A stretch of 64,000 bases of DNA from positions 620,001 to 684,000 of the forward strand of contig JBNJNM010000006.1 in NCBI GenBank assembly GCA_052426225.1, written 5' to 3'. The DNA comes from Zancudomyces culisetae HAW-14-8 (lineage: Eukaryota > Fungi > Kickxellomycota). The notes under the pieces were generated by a model. It had not been told where the DNA came from and searched no databases. It saw nothing but the letters and a program-made list of their open reading frames with translations. The first letter of the stretch is position 1. The number at the start of each line of letters is the position of its first letter. The translations under genes were made by a program, and so were the position numbers. Shown piece after piece: positions 1 through 13,253 of this stretch.

Positions 1-1053
1 ATTTCTGGTATTTTCATCTTATTTATTTTTCACAACTATTTGCAGAATGAAAGTGGTACCATCAGATATAAACATATCTATCTAGTTGGATAAATACACG
101 CAAAAGCAAAAAGCGCTGAATTACAGCTTGACGGTTTATTCGTTGTTGATATCACTTCTTTTTTCAAATGGTTGATAGAAAGTGTGGGAAAAATAATAGC
201 CCATTGCTTTGGTTAGGGGCTTGTTCTCAAAGCTCACAAACCTAACCTGCCTTGTGAACATTTTTGTTTTTTGGTATTTTTACGGCTAGTTTGTGGGATC
301 ATCTATATGTGTTGATATCTGTTAAGATTATGAATAAAAGTAAAAAAAAGCAAAAAAAAAAGGTTGATTGAGGGGCTAGTCGAAAATATTGTTATAACAG
401 TCGTGCATAATGATAGATACGTGAGTAGACACATAAATGTACCTATGCTGGCGTCTATATACCACTGGAGTCATGTTATATGGACACCAACAGCAAAAAC
501 AAGTGTACTTTTTTTTTCTACAAAATTGGCTTTGCTTGTACTTTTCCATCAAAACAGCAAAAGTTGTTGGTTTTCACTCCTCTTTTCTCACACTATCAAT
601 CTCCTCCCCTTCACCCCCTTTGGCCAATTTCTGTTATTTACTCGTTAATCAAATTTAGTACTTTTTTATGTTACTTTGACAGTTTCATCATTTTTCAAAT
701 ATGACAAATTAATCAAAAACATGGAAAAAAACGAAATTGATTATAACAAACCGGTTTCAGCAGTTTCTATTTGGTAGCGCTTGAGGCATCAAATTGTGCA
801 CGCTGTTTCAGTTACAAATTGTCGAATAAATCCTTAATGACTAAATTCAGCTTCGAGCGAACCCACTAATTGTTATTATTTTCGGTGAAAACTCAAAGCA
901 TTGATGCATTTTACAGATAAAAAAATATAAGGCCTAGACCCATTGTAACGCACCTGTGTTGAAGAAATAAAAAATAAACACATAAAAGTTGGCAAACAAG
1001 TTGGATGAATTAAAATATCAAAATAACACACAAGAGAGAGAGAAAAAAAAGAG

Positions 1054-2628
1054 ATGACGCAAATCCTGCATGAAAACCTCATACCAGATCCCTTTACTGA
1101 ACAAGTAACAGTAAGAAATTACTTTGATGGTGAATGGCATGAACCCTCCAATGGCCAGTATCTGGATAACTACAACCCAAGTACAGGCAAAGTATACAGC
1201 AAAATCCCAGATTCCTCTGCCGAAGATGTAAGTCGAGCAGTTGCGGCGGCAAAAAAGGCATTTCCAGTGTGGAGCACCACCGACAAGGAGACAAGAGCAA
1301 AGCTCGTTCACAAGCTAGCTGACCTACTTGAGGAAAATTTGGAAGCCTTTGCGCAATACGAAACCATGGACCAAGGAAAAACTCTTACAATGTCCAGAAA
1401 TGTGGATATCGCGCGGGCTGTGTACAACTTTAGATATTTCGCAAATCTCCTGACAGGACAGACAACCGAGCACGTCGGCGAAACCAAATATATGAAGATG
1501 GTTACAGATTCCGCTGGTGCTCCTATAAAGGCTAATGCGCTTAGCTATACCAACAGAACACCTGTGGGTGTTGCAGGTCTCATAAGCCCCTGGAATCTTC
1601 CTTTATATCTGCTCACATGGAAGATCGCACCATGCATCGTTGCTGGAAATACATGTGTCTGTAAGCCAAGTGAATTTACAAGTGTTACTGCTATGATGCT
1701 TACAAGACTGGTTAAGGCAGCAGGTATTCCTGATGGTGTCATAAACATGGTCTTCGGGCTTGGCGCATCCGTTGGAAATAGCATTGTCACACACCCTGAT
1801 GTTCCATTGATCTCTTTCACAGGGGGGACAGTTACAGGAAAGCACATTGCTCGGACCGCAGCCCCATTATTTAAACATATATCTCTAGAACTTGGAGGCA
1901 AAAACCCAGCACTGGTGTTTGCGGATTCAAACTATGACGAGACTTTGACTTCATTGGTCAAGGCTTCATTCTTGAATCAGGGAGAAATTTGCCTGTGCCC
2001 ATCTAGAATATATGTTGAGAAATCCATTTATGAAAGATTTGTTACTGACTTTAGGCAGCTTGCACGAAAGCTTATTAGAGTTGGTAATCCTACAGAAAAG
2101 ACATCATACTATGGACCTTTGGTCAGTCAAATCCATTACGACAAAGTGCAAAGTTATGTGAAATATGCATTGGAGCAAGGCTATGACGTTGATTTCTGTG
2201 TAGACAGAGAACTGCGCCCAGAGGTATCAAGTATCAGCGAAACCGGTGCGCTCACCATATCAGGGTGTGAGGGTGGATACTTCATGGCGCCAACTGTGAT
2301 CACAGGATGTTCGCAAAAGTCCAGGTTGGTGCAGGAGGAAATATTTGGACCGGTTGTGGTAATTCTTCCGTTTGATGATGAGGCTCAGGCAATAGAATAT
2401 GCCAACGATACATCCTACGGGCTATCGGCTACGGTATGGAGTCAGGAGCAGACCAAACTTCGCCGTGTTGCGGGACAGATAGTGGCAGGGACTGTCTGGT
2501 GTAATTGTTTCTTAGTTCGCAACCTGGACATGCCGTTTGGTGGGTTCAAGAGTTCTGGCGTAGGAACTGAAGGTGGTGTTCACAGCATTGAATTTTTCAC
2601 AAAGGTGCAGACGATCTGTTTGGGATGA
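1054..2628 (+). CDS. Aldehyde dehydrogenase, ALDH8A1 / 2-aminomuconic semialdehyde dehydrogenase-like (524 aa, single exon)
   Basis: ALDH motifs ISPWNLPLYLLTWKIAP, CKPSE, SFTGGT, LELGGKNP (catalytic Glu), FLNQGEICLC (catalytic Cys), EEIFGPV and MPFGGFKSSG. PWNLPLYLLTWK and GEICLC are typical of family 8. Confidence 0.9.
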   Translation: MTQILHENLIPDPFTEQVTVRNYFDGEWHEPSNGQYLDNYNPSTGKVYSKIPDSSAEDVSRAVAAAKKAFPVWSTTDKETRAKLVHKLADLLEENLEAFAQYETMDQGKTLTMSRNVDIARAVYNFRYFANLLTGQTTEHVGETKYMKMVTDSAGAPIKANALSYTNRTPVGVAGLISPWNLPLYLLTWKIAPCIVAGNTCVCKPSEFTSVTAMMLTRLVKAAGIPDGVINMVFGLGASVGNSIVTHPDVPLISFTGGTVTGKHIARTAAPLFKHISLELGGKNPALVFADSNYDETLTSLVKASFLNQGEICLCPSRIYVEKSIYERFVTDFRQLARKLIRVGNPTEKTSYYGPLVSQIHYDKVQSYVKYALEQGYDVDFCVDRELRPEVSSISETGALTISGCEGGYFMAPTVITGCSQKSRLVQEEIFGPVVVILPFDDEAQAIEYANDTSYGLSATVWSQEQTKLRRVAGQIVAGTVWCNCFLVRNLDMPFGGFKSSGVGTEGGVHSIEFFTKVQTICLG

Positions 2629-3280
2629 GCTCCTCTCCTCGGCCTCATTACTGTTGTTACTCTTATTTTGTCATTTTGTGTTGCCAAGTGCTATTTTTTT
2701 TTTAAAAAAAAGAATGAAAACAACTTTTGTTTGATGATTCTAGGTAGAGTTGATGCTATATTACGGGATAGTAGATAGTATTTTATGGTAATATCACATC
2801 AAACCACAATTTTAGGATCAAACAAGCTGTAGATACTGTTAATGTTATCACGATTTGGCATCCGGCCACACCGCTCGTTCGGTATTTATTTTTTCTTTCA
2901 GCACATTCTGTGTGCTTTCTCGTGTTTTGTTTGCTAGTAGGCTGCTACTGGCGTGTTTTTATATAAGAGAAAACGGAAGCATACAACAATACAAATACTT
3001 ATAGGTCTCTTCAATTATAGCCAAATTATTGTATTTAATTAGTATAGCCATCATGTGGCATGTTTCTGAGCTTCAAACCAGACTTGAAAATACACACGAA
3101 TTCTTCGGGAAAAAAAAGGCCAGAAATAAATCTAAGTATATGTGCTTTTCACTCAAAAAAAAATGCAAACAGAAAAAAATGCTAAAAGTTGAGAGAGAAG
3201 AAAAGGGATGAAAGGATGAGTTTCAACGTTAATTTTAATATTAAAGTTAATGTTAGCAAGAGAAAAATTAAACGTGTCAA

Positions 3281-5630
3281 CTAACCGATGTTCAAGTTGG
3301 CCATCTTTCTGAGTTTATTCGCGAGAGCCTTGGCAAGAAATTGCTGTTGTGAAAGCTTTCTAACATTTTTGAGATAAGTCTGTAAATCAATCCTTTCAAC
3401 ATCAAGTGCCTTCCCCAAGTAATATATGGCATCATCCAGCGCGTGGATTTCACTAGAAACAGATAACAGCTGGTCTTGTATCGGGGTAGTTCCACCAAAG
3501 AAGTTCTCTGGTTCCAATTTGTTGGTATTACTTAGATACTCGCATTTCATCTGGGCTGTAGCATACTGGGTTTCTAGTGACTCCAGCTGTTTTTTGAGCA
3601 CATGTATTTTTTTATCTACTCGGTCAGCAATAGAAACCATTTCTTTTTTTTCCATTTCTATAATTGCATTGCTATTACTGAGCTCTGAGCAGTCCTGTAT
3701 CAGATCATGATTAATCTTGGTGTGAATTTCCCGAAACTTAAACATTTCATCTACTAATTTGTCCAAGATAGCAAGTTTGTATTTTACAGACAAGTTTTTT
3801 TCATCCATTGGCGATTCTGAATCCATTAAAGATGTACGGTTTCGAGTTTTAGCAAGGTCATGCCGAACCGACTGGGCTTGAGTAGATGTTTTTTTCACGT
3901 TAGTAGTTGTAGGATTCTCTGTCACTCCTGCTGTAACTTGTTCTAGGTTCATATTTTTACTCATACCACTCACTATGTTTGATAAATAAACGAATAAGAA
4001 TTAAATATTAAAGGTGCTTTACTTTAAAAAAAAATAATAACTTGCCTGAACTTTGCTGAATATTATCTCTCAACCGCAGCTTCTCATTAAATGCCTCGTT
4101 CATCTCCAAAAAAGCCATTCTCGATTCATTTAGCTTTTCGGAAGATACCTGTGCTATTGCTACAGTGTTTTCTTTTCGTTCGGAATTGTTTCCATTATAA
4201 TTGGATATCTCGGCCAGCTCTTTGCGGAAATCTATTATACTGGGTGAATTGGTACTAGCTGACCATGGTTTTACTCTAGGAAGTGTAGGAAGAGGTGGTC
4301 GATCAAATGATGACTTGTTTTCATTCACTTTATGGTCTTTAGAGGTATCAGATGCCAAATTATGAGCTCCAGCTTTTTCCGAGCTATTTTCTTCAGCAAA
4401 TTCTGGTTTTGATGATATATTACCGACCTCGCTTGCATTCGACTCCATCGCACTCTTTGAGCTGTTTAGAGATGTAGGTGATGATGATGTTTTTGCAATC
4501 TCATTATCGCTATGTAAAGAGGGCCGCTTGTTCACAGGTGCTTTCATTCCAATAAAAGCTGCATTCTGTACGTTGTTTAGAATAAGAGGATTATAATTTG
4601 GAACCCCTGAACCCGCAGTTTTAAACCGGGCTGCACCACCAAAATTTAGCTTGGATTGTGCTGATAACCCCACTGTACCAGAGACAACTGAACTGTGTAG
4701 CCGAGTTGCATTTTTTTCGCCATTAAATTCACTATTCAGATCTGGGTTTGATCTAGTGGCTTCAGGGTTGGGTTTTGAAGAACCTGACTCTTTAATATAT
4801 TTATTTTCCAGCAGCTTTATATCTCCCCACATATCTTTGTTCGCATTTTTATCAACAGCTTCGACATACCCAGCAGGCTTGCTAAACATTGGTGGCTCTT
4901 TTGAAAACTCTCGTCTCATTTCGCCCAGTAGTTCAATTAGTTTTCCTTCCTATAAATAAATATTGTAGTACATTGGGATTTAATTATATCCTTCCAATCA
5001 GCAAAGTAGTCTATAATCACAACCTCTCCCCCCAATTATAAGTCATTCGTATGTTCATACATATGTATATCTATAAATATATTTTTCTTTATAAAATATA
5101 GTTATTCATTACATTGGCGGAGTTCCAATTTTGAACATATCCTATTATAACTCTGCCGCTTTTATCGATATTTTTACCAGCATTAAGGATCATGTTTTCA
5201 GCAGGAACCACAAATGAGTAAGGTGAACTCTTGGGATAATCCCTCGGAAACCATATTTTTACGGGAATGTTGAATTTTGCGCTGTTAAAAGATATTGGGA
5301 TTGTACCATATACACACAAGAGATGTTGGAATTGCCCCTTCTCGTTTTCATACTGATCTACCTTGGTTAAAAGGGTATCATGTTCTACTATGACGCTCGA
5401 AATCTGCCTATAAGATTCCTCTTTGTCCTCAAACTATGCATTTTTTTTTGTCAGCAGGGTGATTTTTATGTTAGATTTTACAATACCTTTTGAGTTGATA
5501 TGGGTTTCAAATTTTTTTTATCTGTTGTGGCTAGTGTAATAATGATAAAATATTCTATAAAAAAATTACTAACCATTCTGTTACAAATGTTTTTTAGCCA
5601 AAGTAGTATAGGATCCTGACGGTTTTCCAT
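3281..5630 (-). CDS. VPS23: ESCRT-I subunit Vps23/TSG101 (about 657 aa); exons 5630-5574, 5433-5113, 4949-4046, 3972-3281
   Basis: N-terminal UEV domain (LLCVYGTIPI..FNIPVKIWFPRDYP..P, FSKEPPMFSKP), a coiled coil, and a C-terminal steadiness box (ALDDAIYYLGKAL..IDLQTYLKNVRKLSQQQF). Splice phases join in frame; intron 3 is GC-AG. Confidence 0.88.
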
Positions 5631-6586
5631 GCCTGATTTCGTTTTGTTTTTTCCCTTTTTAGCTGGTTCGCGCGTTACTATTCGAATTCTATACCACTAT
5701 GAATTCCGTTTTGTCTTTTAAATTATTCGAGTTCTTTATTAAAATATCCTTGTTCTATCAATATAGTATTACTTTAGTTATTAAAGAAAGTCAAATAAAA
5801 CTCGAATGCCATAAAGTAAAATTAATCCTCACGTATAAAAGCATATAAACAATTTGTTCTTTCTTTCCCGCAAATTTCATATTTCTACAATCCTGAAATT
5901 ATCAAACAGCTTGCGCTAATTGGTGTATTTTTTCCGGATGATTTTGAACAACATTTGATACGCTATGCTTAATGATAAAATAATGGTGTTCAAGTTAAAG
6001 GCATCAAGCTGCCAAAAAGGGTAGAACCTTACATTGAAGCTAGAATACGAGGGTGGGGACATCAGTGCAAAAGCTACAAGTTAAAAATATTTGGCTGGTA
6101 TATGTATTCGAAAATACATTTATTAACCAATAACACACAGTCATATCAGCACGAGGTAGTGCGAAAACTCAAGTTTCAGGATTTCGGATGGTTTATACAA
6201 GTGAAATGGAATCAGGCTACCCAAGTACTTTAGTAGAAAATATTGAATGCTTTTGATATTAATGGATTATAGAAATAAAATATCATTTATTCAAGACTGA
6301 GAGTGTGCCATTTTTTATATTACAACTCGCACAATACGATTTTTTTTTAGTGGAACATAGAGAGAGAGAGAGATGTAGAGATGTGATGTGATAAACCAAA
6401 CGTAAGACTGGGTGTATTTATTAAATGCAGAAGTATTTCAATCTTGAAAACTATTTACTAAAATACAGTACAAGTTATGATAAACCAGCAAACCAATTAC
6501 TAAAAATAGCAATCTAAAGCTCTCATAAAACATGTACTTTGTATGGGCCAACAAACTAACTGTCTTTTTTACAAACCAAACTTGCA

Positions 6587-8341
6587 TCAAGAGTAACGTG
6601 AGCTTGAATTGGGTTTCCATAGATCATTGTAACGTAAACCTATCTGCCCGGAAGATAAAAAGAGAGTTCCTACAAAGTTAGACGAGCTAAATGTGTTTCT
6701 ACTCGAATTCAGCGAAGAAAAATCAGGTCTCGCAGAGTTCCACGCACTTTCAGTATTGTTGATAGGGGTAGTATCCAGGTTGGTGATGTTTGTGTCAAAC
6801 GTACTATTTTTAATAATGTTCGGCGTAAGGTTTTGTGCTCTTGCTGGTCTTCTTGAAGGGGTACTGTTTGTTCCCAATTCGCTTTTGGCATATTTGTTTC
6901 TACCAAGAGATCCACCTTGAGAAAATTTCGATGCTTCTGCAAACAACTCAACCTCCAAAGAAATTAGTTCCGACGCATTTTTAGAATTAGACTGGCTATT
7001 ATAATTTGTATCATGCTTTTGTTCGCCCACATCATTATCTTGAGTCGAAATTTCAATGTGTTCTTTTCCGCAATTTGGAATGCTAAAAGCACTACCATTC
7101 TGCATCTCCAACCCCGGTAAATCATCTTTAGCAATCGAATTTTTACTCTCAGCACACATAACATGCTCACTTTTGAGTGTCACTAGGTTTTCATCTTCAA
7201 AAGATAGTGAGCGAGGTGCAGAGTTGAGTTTTATCAAAGGACTCCATTGCAAACAAATATTATTCAACTCTACCTCTGTTCTTACGGCGCTAACATCGTT
7301 AATAACCTTGTCTGACTTGTCCGATATTTCGCTCAGTTTTCCCAACAAAAATTTTACCTTTTCTTCATTATTCTCGAACCTCGTGGCAAATTCAGCTATA
7401 GATTTTTCAATATTTCTTAGGTACCCTAGTATCTCAACCACATCGAACTCCAAAAAGGACATTTTATTAGAGATTTCTGCCCTTTTTCTGTTGTTTGTGG
7501 TTTCTAACTTGTCTAACCTATCTTTCGTCTCGATAGAGGCTGTTTTTTCTGCTGCCATATCTGTTTGTATTTTGTCTAAAAAGCAAATAAATAGGTGTAT
7601 TTATTTCATGTCACTTAAAGGCATAAACAGGTATGGAGATAAATACCACCAAGAACAAAGTATGTATAGTATGATTTATTTGTTGCTATTCTTACTTATA
7701 TCATGTAAAATCTTTGCCATCTTTTCGTTTGTTCTCCGTCTAAATGCATTTATTGTCGCAACCAAATTTTTGAATTCTAACATTTCTTCGTTTAGGGCCA
7801 AATGAAGCTTTTCAAACTCTTGTATTTTTTTATTCAAGCCATTTAAGGCTTGTGTACACTTTAACGAGTCATTAATAATTCTTCTATTCTCTTCGCACAA
7901 ACGATGTATGATAAGCGATGTCTCTGTGTGTTCTTGCCGATCCCTTCTTATCTCTTCTACCTATGTTTTTTTTGTCAATTCAGGATCCTTAATATGTAGA
8001 ATGTAACCATTCTAATGATTTATATTTATTTATACATTCTTACCTTTGCTTTGATAGTGTCGAGTTCCAATTCGGTGTTATCCAATCGTTTCATTAACAC
8101 TGCGTTTTGCTCGGCCAAATTAATTCCAATATGCGCCGCAATTTGTTCATTTGATCGCGATTCCCTCAACAACGATCTAAGCTTGATTATATCAGTCTCC
8201 TCATCGATATCTAGAAAAGTATGTGCATTTTTTATGTTTTTGAAGCTTGGTTTATTTTGGTGGGTAAGTTTAGATTCCGAGTATACAATCTAGTATTCAA
8301 AAACCAAACGTGCTGGCCAACTCACCTCCTATATAGCTCAT
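6587..8341 (-). CDS. Coiled-coil protein (about 478 aa) with CC1-box-like AAHIG motif, candidate dynein adaptor; exons 8341-8326, 8210-8044, 7960-7696, 7575-6587
   Basis: GT-AG introns with compatible phases link the ORFs at 7676-7900 and 6587-7558 to upstream exons. The N-terminus reads MSYIGDIDEETDIIKLRSLLRESRSNEQIAAHIGINLAEQN. Confidence 0.7.
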
Positions 8342-9390
8342 TTCAGCTACTGTAAATGTGAAATATTCCTAAAATTTGACTCCAAACTATGTCTCAAGCT
8401 AGTTGTGGGGTTTTTTTTCTTTCTACATACTATATCACAATACAGCTGCTATTATTATTTTTTTCATTTAACTGTTCAAGATACTTCGCAGCGAATCTTT
8501 ATCACTCGGGTAAATGGTAATTGTTGGCCGGTTTTGATTTCTATAGATAAATTGGGCCAATAAACGAGAGAATAAAATGCTTTCGGTTTTTAAAATTCAG
8601 ACTGAAAAAACTCTTGGAATATATCCCGTCCCGCTTGGCTATGTCAAATCGATAAATAAATGAGTGTGCTGCACACGTTTAGCCGCAGAGCAGAGAGGGG
8701 GAAGAGAGCGGAGCCAAGTAGGAAGGTACATCTAGCATAATTAACTGCATCGTCTTGAAGACTCCTTACCGAGTGGATAGATATAAATACTTGAATTGGT
8801 TTTAATATTTATTTGACCATTTTATGCACTGCCCCAGCTCTAAACCTACAATACCATAAACATACTTACAATCAAGTGGTGATAATTTAATTTTGAATTC
8901 AAGTCAATAAACATTTTATAATACCGATAGCTTACTTGGCAAAATAATGATTAAAAAAAAATCACACACACACATACACGGCATTAGCATCTTTTGAGTA
9001 GGCAGAAATATAAAAGAAACTAAACTCATTACATGGATCTTCGAGCGTACCAGAAAATTGTTTGTGGAATCCATATGAAATGCGATATTTTCAAAGGTTA
9101 TTAGTTCATTACCATATACGCAAACTATAGGGTAGTTCAATTAAAACGTTGTCACTAACTGTAAAGGATAGAGTAGCCAATTTTGATGGAACAACTGCTT
9201 CGCTTGGCAGAATTCTGATTATATTTATTTTTTTTATTTTAGACCATAGTTAATTTAGCTAAATAACTTTTTTTTTAGTGGATCAGCGAGGATACCAATA
9301 ATACTTTTTTTTTTGTTCTTGTGCTTTATTTTTATTTTTTGCAATTCAACAAAAGATCAAATAAACAAAAGACATAAGGAAATAAAGAAG

Positions 9391-11231
9391 ATGAGTGGTT
9401 CTGTAGGCGAAGGCTTTAGAACGGTATACCAAACAACAAAGCGACTAAATTGGTTTCCTGGTCATATGGCCAAAGGACTAAAGCAAATAAAGGATAATTT
9501 AAATCAAGTAAATCTTGTAGTTGAGGTTAGAGATGCTAGAGTTCCATTTTCGTCAATCAATGCAGAGTTTGAAAAAATTGTAGGAAGTATAGCCAGGGTA
9601 GTAGTGTATAACAAAGCCGATCTAATTCCACAAGAATCAAGAAATGTAAATTTAGCTTGTCTTATTCTTATGTTACCAAGACTATTAGGGATGACGATAG
9701 GGAGAAGGGAGAAGAGAAGGGGATTTTTAGCGTTTAGGACAAGTGTCTTCGAAATGCGATTCATATATTGTAACAATTTCAATAACCATCGTTGTTTTCA
9801 AAATAGGAGCTGAAAAATGTGTTTAAAAGATATGCAAATCAAGATGTTCTTTTAACAAATTCCAAAGAGTCAAAGTCATTGAATTCGTTGATTAATCATG
9901 CAAAAGGTATTTCGCATATACTCTTTCAGTTGCTAATACGCCTACTTACACGAACATCATACCAGGGTATACAGATACCAAAGTGATATTTTATGCATGA
10001 ATTGACCTGTTGTCGATGACTCAATTTTATTTTGTATTTTTAGAAATTTCGAAAAAAAACTCGAATATCAACTCTCGAATTACAGCAATGGTAGTAGGAA
10101 TGCCGAACGTTGGAAAATCGACTGTAATTAACGCACTACGACATGTTGGAGTGAATAAAGGTATACTCTTTTACCATCGGCTTAATATTTTCTGTGAAAT
10201 TTCATAATGCTACAAAGCTCCTATATAATAAGAATCCAATGTTTTAAATGCAACGCTTTTCCCATCACGCCAATGAATCTAACTAATTGTTATGGATATA
10301 GGAAAAGCAGCAAAAACTGGCTCTAATCCTGGTGTCACGAAGTCTTTAAGTACAATCATTAAAGTTTTAGAGTCGCCAGAGGTATATATCTACGATACAC
10401 CAGGTAGAAAATCCACACATATCTATTATGTGTCATTATTTAAATTCTGGTACTTTAAACACAGTTGACCGTATATTGCAACTATTTATACAATAAAATG
10501 CAACTTGTAGGCGTAATGATTCCATACATTCCAAATCCCATAAATTCACTAAAGGTGGCACTCACAGGTACTGGATTTGTTTTCCTGCTTTGAAATTAAC
10601 GGCTGCTTTTTGTTCGTTTTACCCCTCAGTTAGTTTACAAAAGTCTAAGTTATATCGACCAAACCTAAGAAAAGATATGTAAATTCAATACTAGGTGGAA
10701 TACGCGATGATGTTGCGGAGCTTGAAACTATGGCTGACTATCTCTTGTTTAGATTGAATAACTTTGGGAATACCAAGTAATTAATTAATTAATTAGCATA
10801 CCACTGATTTAACATGGCTATTTAATAGTTGTTTATTCCCTAGCTCCTTATTCTTTGACTTTGGTACCCGTACACGCATAATACGCAGTAGTCTACTTTG
10901 AAATAGATATATCGAGACGTTCAAATTAGAAGCCCCAACGGATGACTTGGAATACTTTTTAGAAAAAGTTGCAAAAAGGATAGGAGCTTTGCAGCCGGGA
11001 GGGATTCCCAATACTACACTTGCTGCGCAGTTTTTCATTCAACAGTATCGGCGTGGAAGCTTTGGACAGTATTGTTTAGATGATATTAATGAATCAAGCG
11101 TCCTTGAGGCACTTGGATTAATCAACAAGAGCGATGATATTAGCAAGAACCAGCTAAAAAAACAAGAAAAGGAGGCAAGAAAGGCCAAGTCTTTGGAGAA
11201 GTTTAAGAGGGCAAAAGAAAAAAGCTCATAA
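9391..11231 (+). CDS. MTG1: Mitochondrial ribosome-associated GTPase 1 (RbgA/YlqF family); exons 9391-9645, 9807-9906, 10044-10160, 10302-10403, 10511-10567, 10695-10776, 10907-11231
   Basis: Motifs NWFPGHMAKG, EVRDARVP, YNKADL (G4), VVGMPNVGKS (G1), PGVT and YDTPG (G3) in circularly permuted order. All introns are GT-AG and in phase. Confidence 0.92.
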
Positions 11232-11830
11232 TTTGGGTACTCAATTTCTCAGCTTTGGCTTTTTAATGGTGCGATTTCTTTTATTTTTTTTGCTTGCTTT
11301 TTCTTCCATGTAGCAATAGTAAATATCAATACAATATAGAAAATGCGCTATTAAAAATTTGCATTTATTTTATTTAACATTATAATCGACACTTTTGTTT
11401 TCTCATGACAACAAAACATAAATTTCTGATCACGATTATTCCCACATAGTTACCAAGTTGTTTATTAATTCAGGCCCATAGCTGGCCCCAAGTGATCAAA
11501 GTAGTGTAGGTTAATGGACTGGATGCTATTTTGGGAATAACCTTAAACCTCAATTGTCAATGGTTACCTAGAGAAACGCGTTTGAAAGAATAAAACTAGT
11601 TGGTTTCAGTAATTTAGAGTTACAATTGTGTGATTGTTGCGGACGCATATGGGCTGAAAAGCATTGACAATAGGGGCACTGCGGGCTCATTCACACGCAC
11701 ACAAACACCACGAATTTTATGTTAGAGCTGCGGTTCCCAAAATATTCTAGATGCTGCGCATTTTGAGTATTGCAAATTAAATTTGAAGCTAGTTCAGAAA
11801 AAGGTGAAAATGCTGTGCTAAAAATACAAA

Positions 11831-11908
11831 GCGAAAAATTTTTTTCTTCGACCAATTAAACCAATGTTGAATAAGCTTAAGTTAAAATCGAGGAAGGAAA
11901 ATTTTTTT
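11831..11908. promoter_or_regulatory. Two RRPE-like GAAAA(A)TTTT elements upstream of eIF6
   Basis: gcgaaaaatttttttc at 11831-11846 and gaaaattttttt at 11897-11908, 160-240 bp upstream of the ATG. The AT-rich background lowers significance. Confidence 0.4.
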
Positions 11909-12068
11909 AGCATTTTAGTATAAAATAGGTGCCTGTCGGGACTGTTCATCCAAATTCCATAAAATACAAAAAAATAAAACATTTAGACACAAGCCACCCA
12001 CACGAAGGAATAAATAAAAGCCTAGAAATAGCAAGTGCTTGAGCCGAATAAAGTATCGAAATAAGAAC

Positions 12069-13041
12069 ATGGCAGTCCGTAAGTTATATTAAGATCACAG
12101 ATGATAAATCTGCTACATTTTAAAATTTTGCCTTTCCGTAAAATCTGCCATGCTGTGGATGTGCGATAAAATTTGTGCCAGTTCTGGAAGTGTTGTTTTC
12201 TACAAAATAGGTGCACAATTTGAGAATAATAACGAAGTTGGAGTCTTTTCCAAACTCACCAATTCATACTGTTTAGTTGCCATAGGAGGCTCAGAGAACT
12301 TTTACAGGTATGTTTAAATCTCTTTCCGCTTAAAGATGAACGGATGAATTTCCGACTCCTTCAAAATGTGACAAAACAAACTTGACAATAATTAATAAAA
12401 ATACAAATAGTGTTTTTGAAAGCCAACTCCAGGACGTGATTCCAGTTGTTCATGCATCAATAGCAGGAACAAGAATAATAGGTCGATTGACAGCAGGTAA
12501 TAAGAATGGCTTGTTAGTGCCAAATAGCACAACAGATCAAGAACTTCAGCATTTGAGGAATTCACTACCTGATTCGATTGCGATCCAGAGAGTTGAAGAG
12601 CGATTGTCGGCGTTAGGAAATGTAGTAGCGTGTAATGACTATGTCGCTTTAGTGCATCCTGATTTGGATCGCGAAACCGAAGAAATAATAGCAGACGTAC
12701 TAGGAGTAGAAGTATTTCGACAAACAATAGCAGAAAATGTACTTGTAGGGTCATATTGTGCAATCTCAAATCAAGGTGGGATTGTACACCCAAAAACAAG
12801 CGTTCAGGATCAGGACGAACTTTCTAGCTTACTACAAGTTCCATTGGTTGCCGGAACTGTAAATAGAGGTAGTGATGTAGTAGGTGCAGGGCTTGTTGTT
12901 AATGACTGGTGTGCCTTTGCTGGGCTAGACACCACATCCACCGAGCTGAGTGTCATTGATAGTATATTCAAACTACAGGATGCCGATCCTTATGCAATTG
13001 TTAATGAAATGCGCGATTCCTTGATTGATAATTATATGTAA
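12069..13041 (+). CDS. TIF6: Translation initiation factor 6 (eIF6); exons 12069-12078, 12211-12307, 12411-13041
   Basis: Spliced product [39 protein letters not shown]...[12 protein letters not shown]...[14 protein letters not shown], the highly conserved eIF6 sequence. Confidence 0.97.
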
Positions 13042-13253
13042 AAGATTTAGTACATTTTTTCTTGTACCAGCGTTTATATAAATATTTCTGTGCTATTTTT
13101 TCTTCTTAGTATCTATCTTTATTTCTTGATTGTCTTATAGAAACCTCTTTGAATAAATAGAGATAAAATAAACACACACAACTAGTTTTTTTTAAATAAG
13201 TTAATGCTAAAAAATTGATGTTTTCGACTAAATATACAGGATAGGTAGTGCTT

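Noticed and set aside
7056-7805. 249-aa plus-strand ORF (and similar antisense ORFs over other genes)
   Set aside because: Antisense shadow of a real coding region, with Ser/Leu/Phe-biased composition and no domains.
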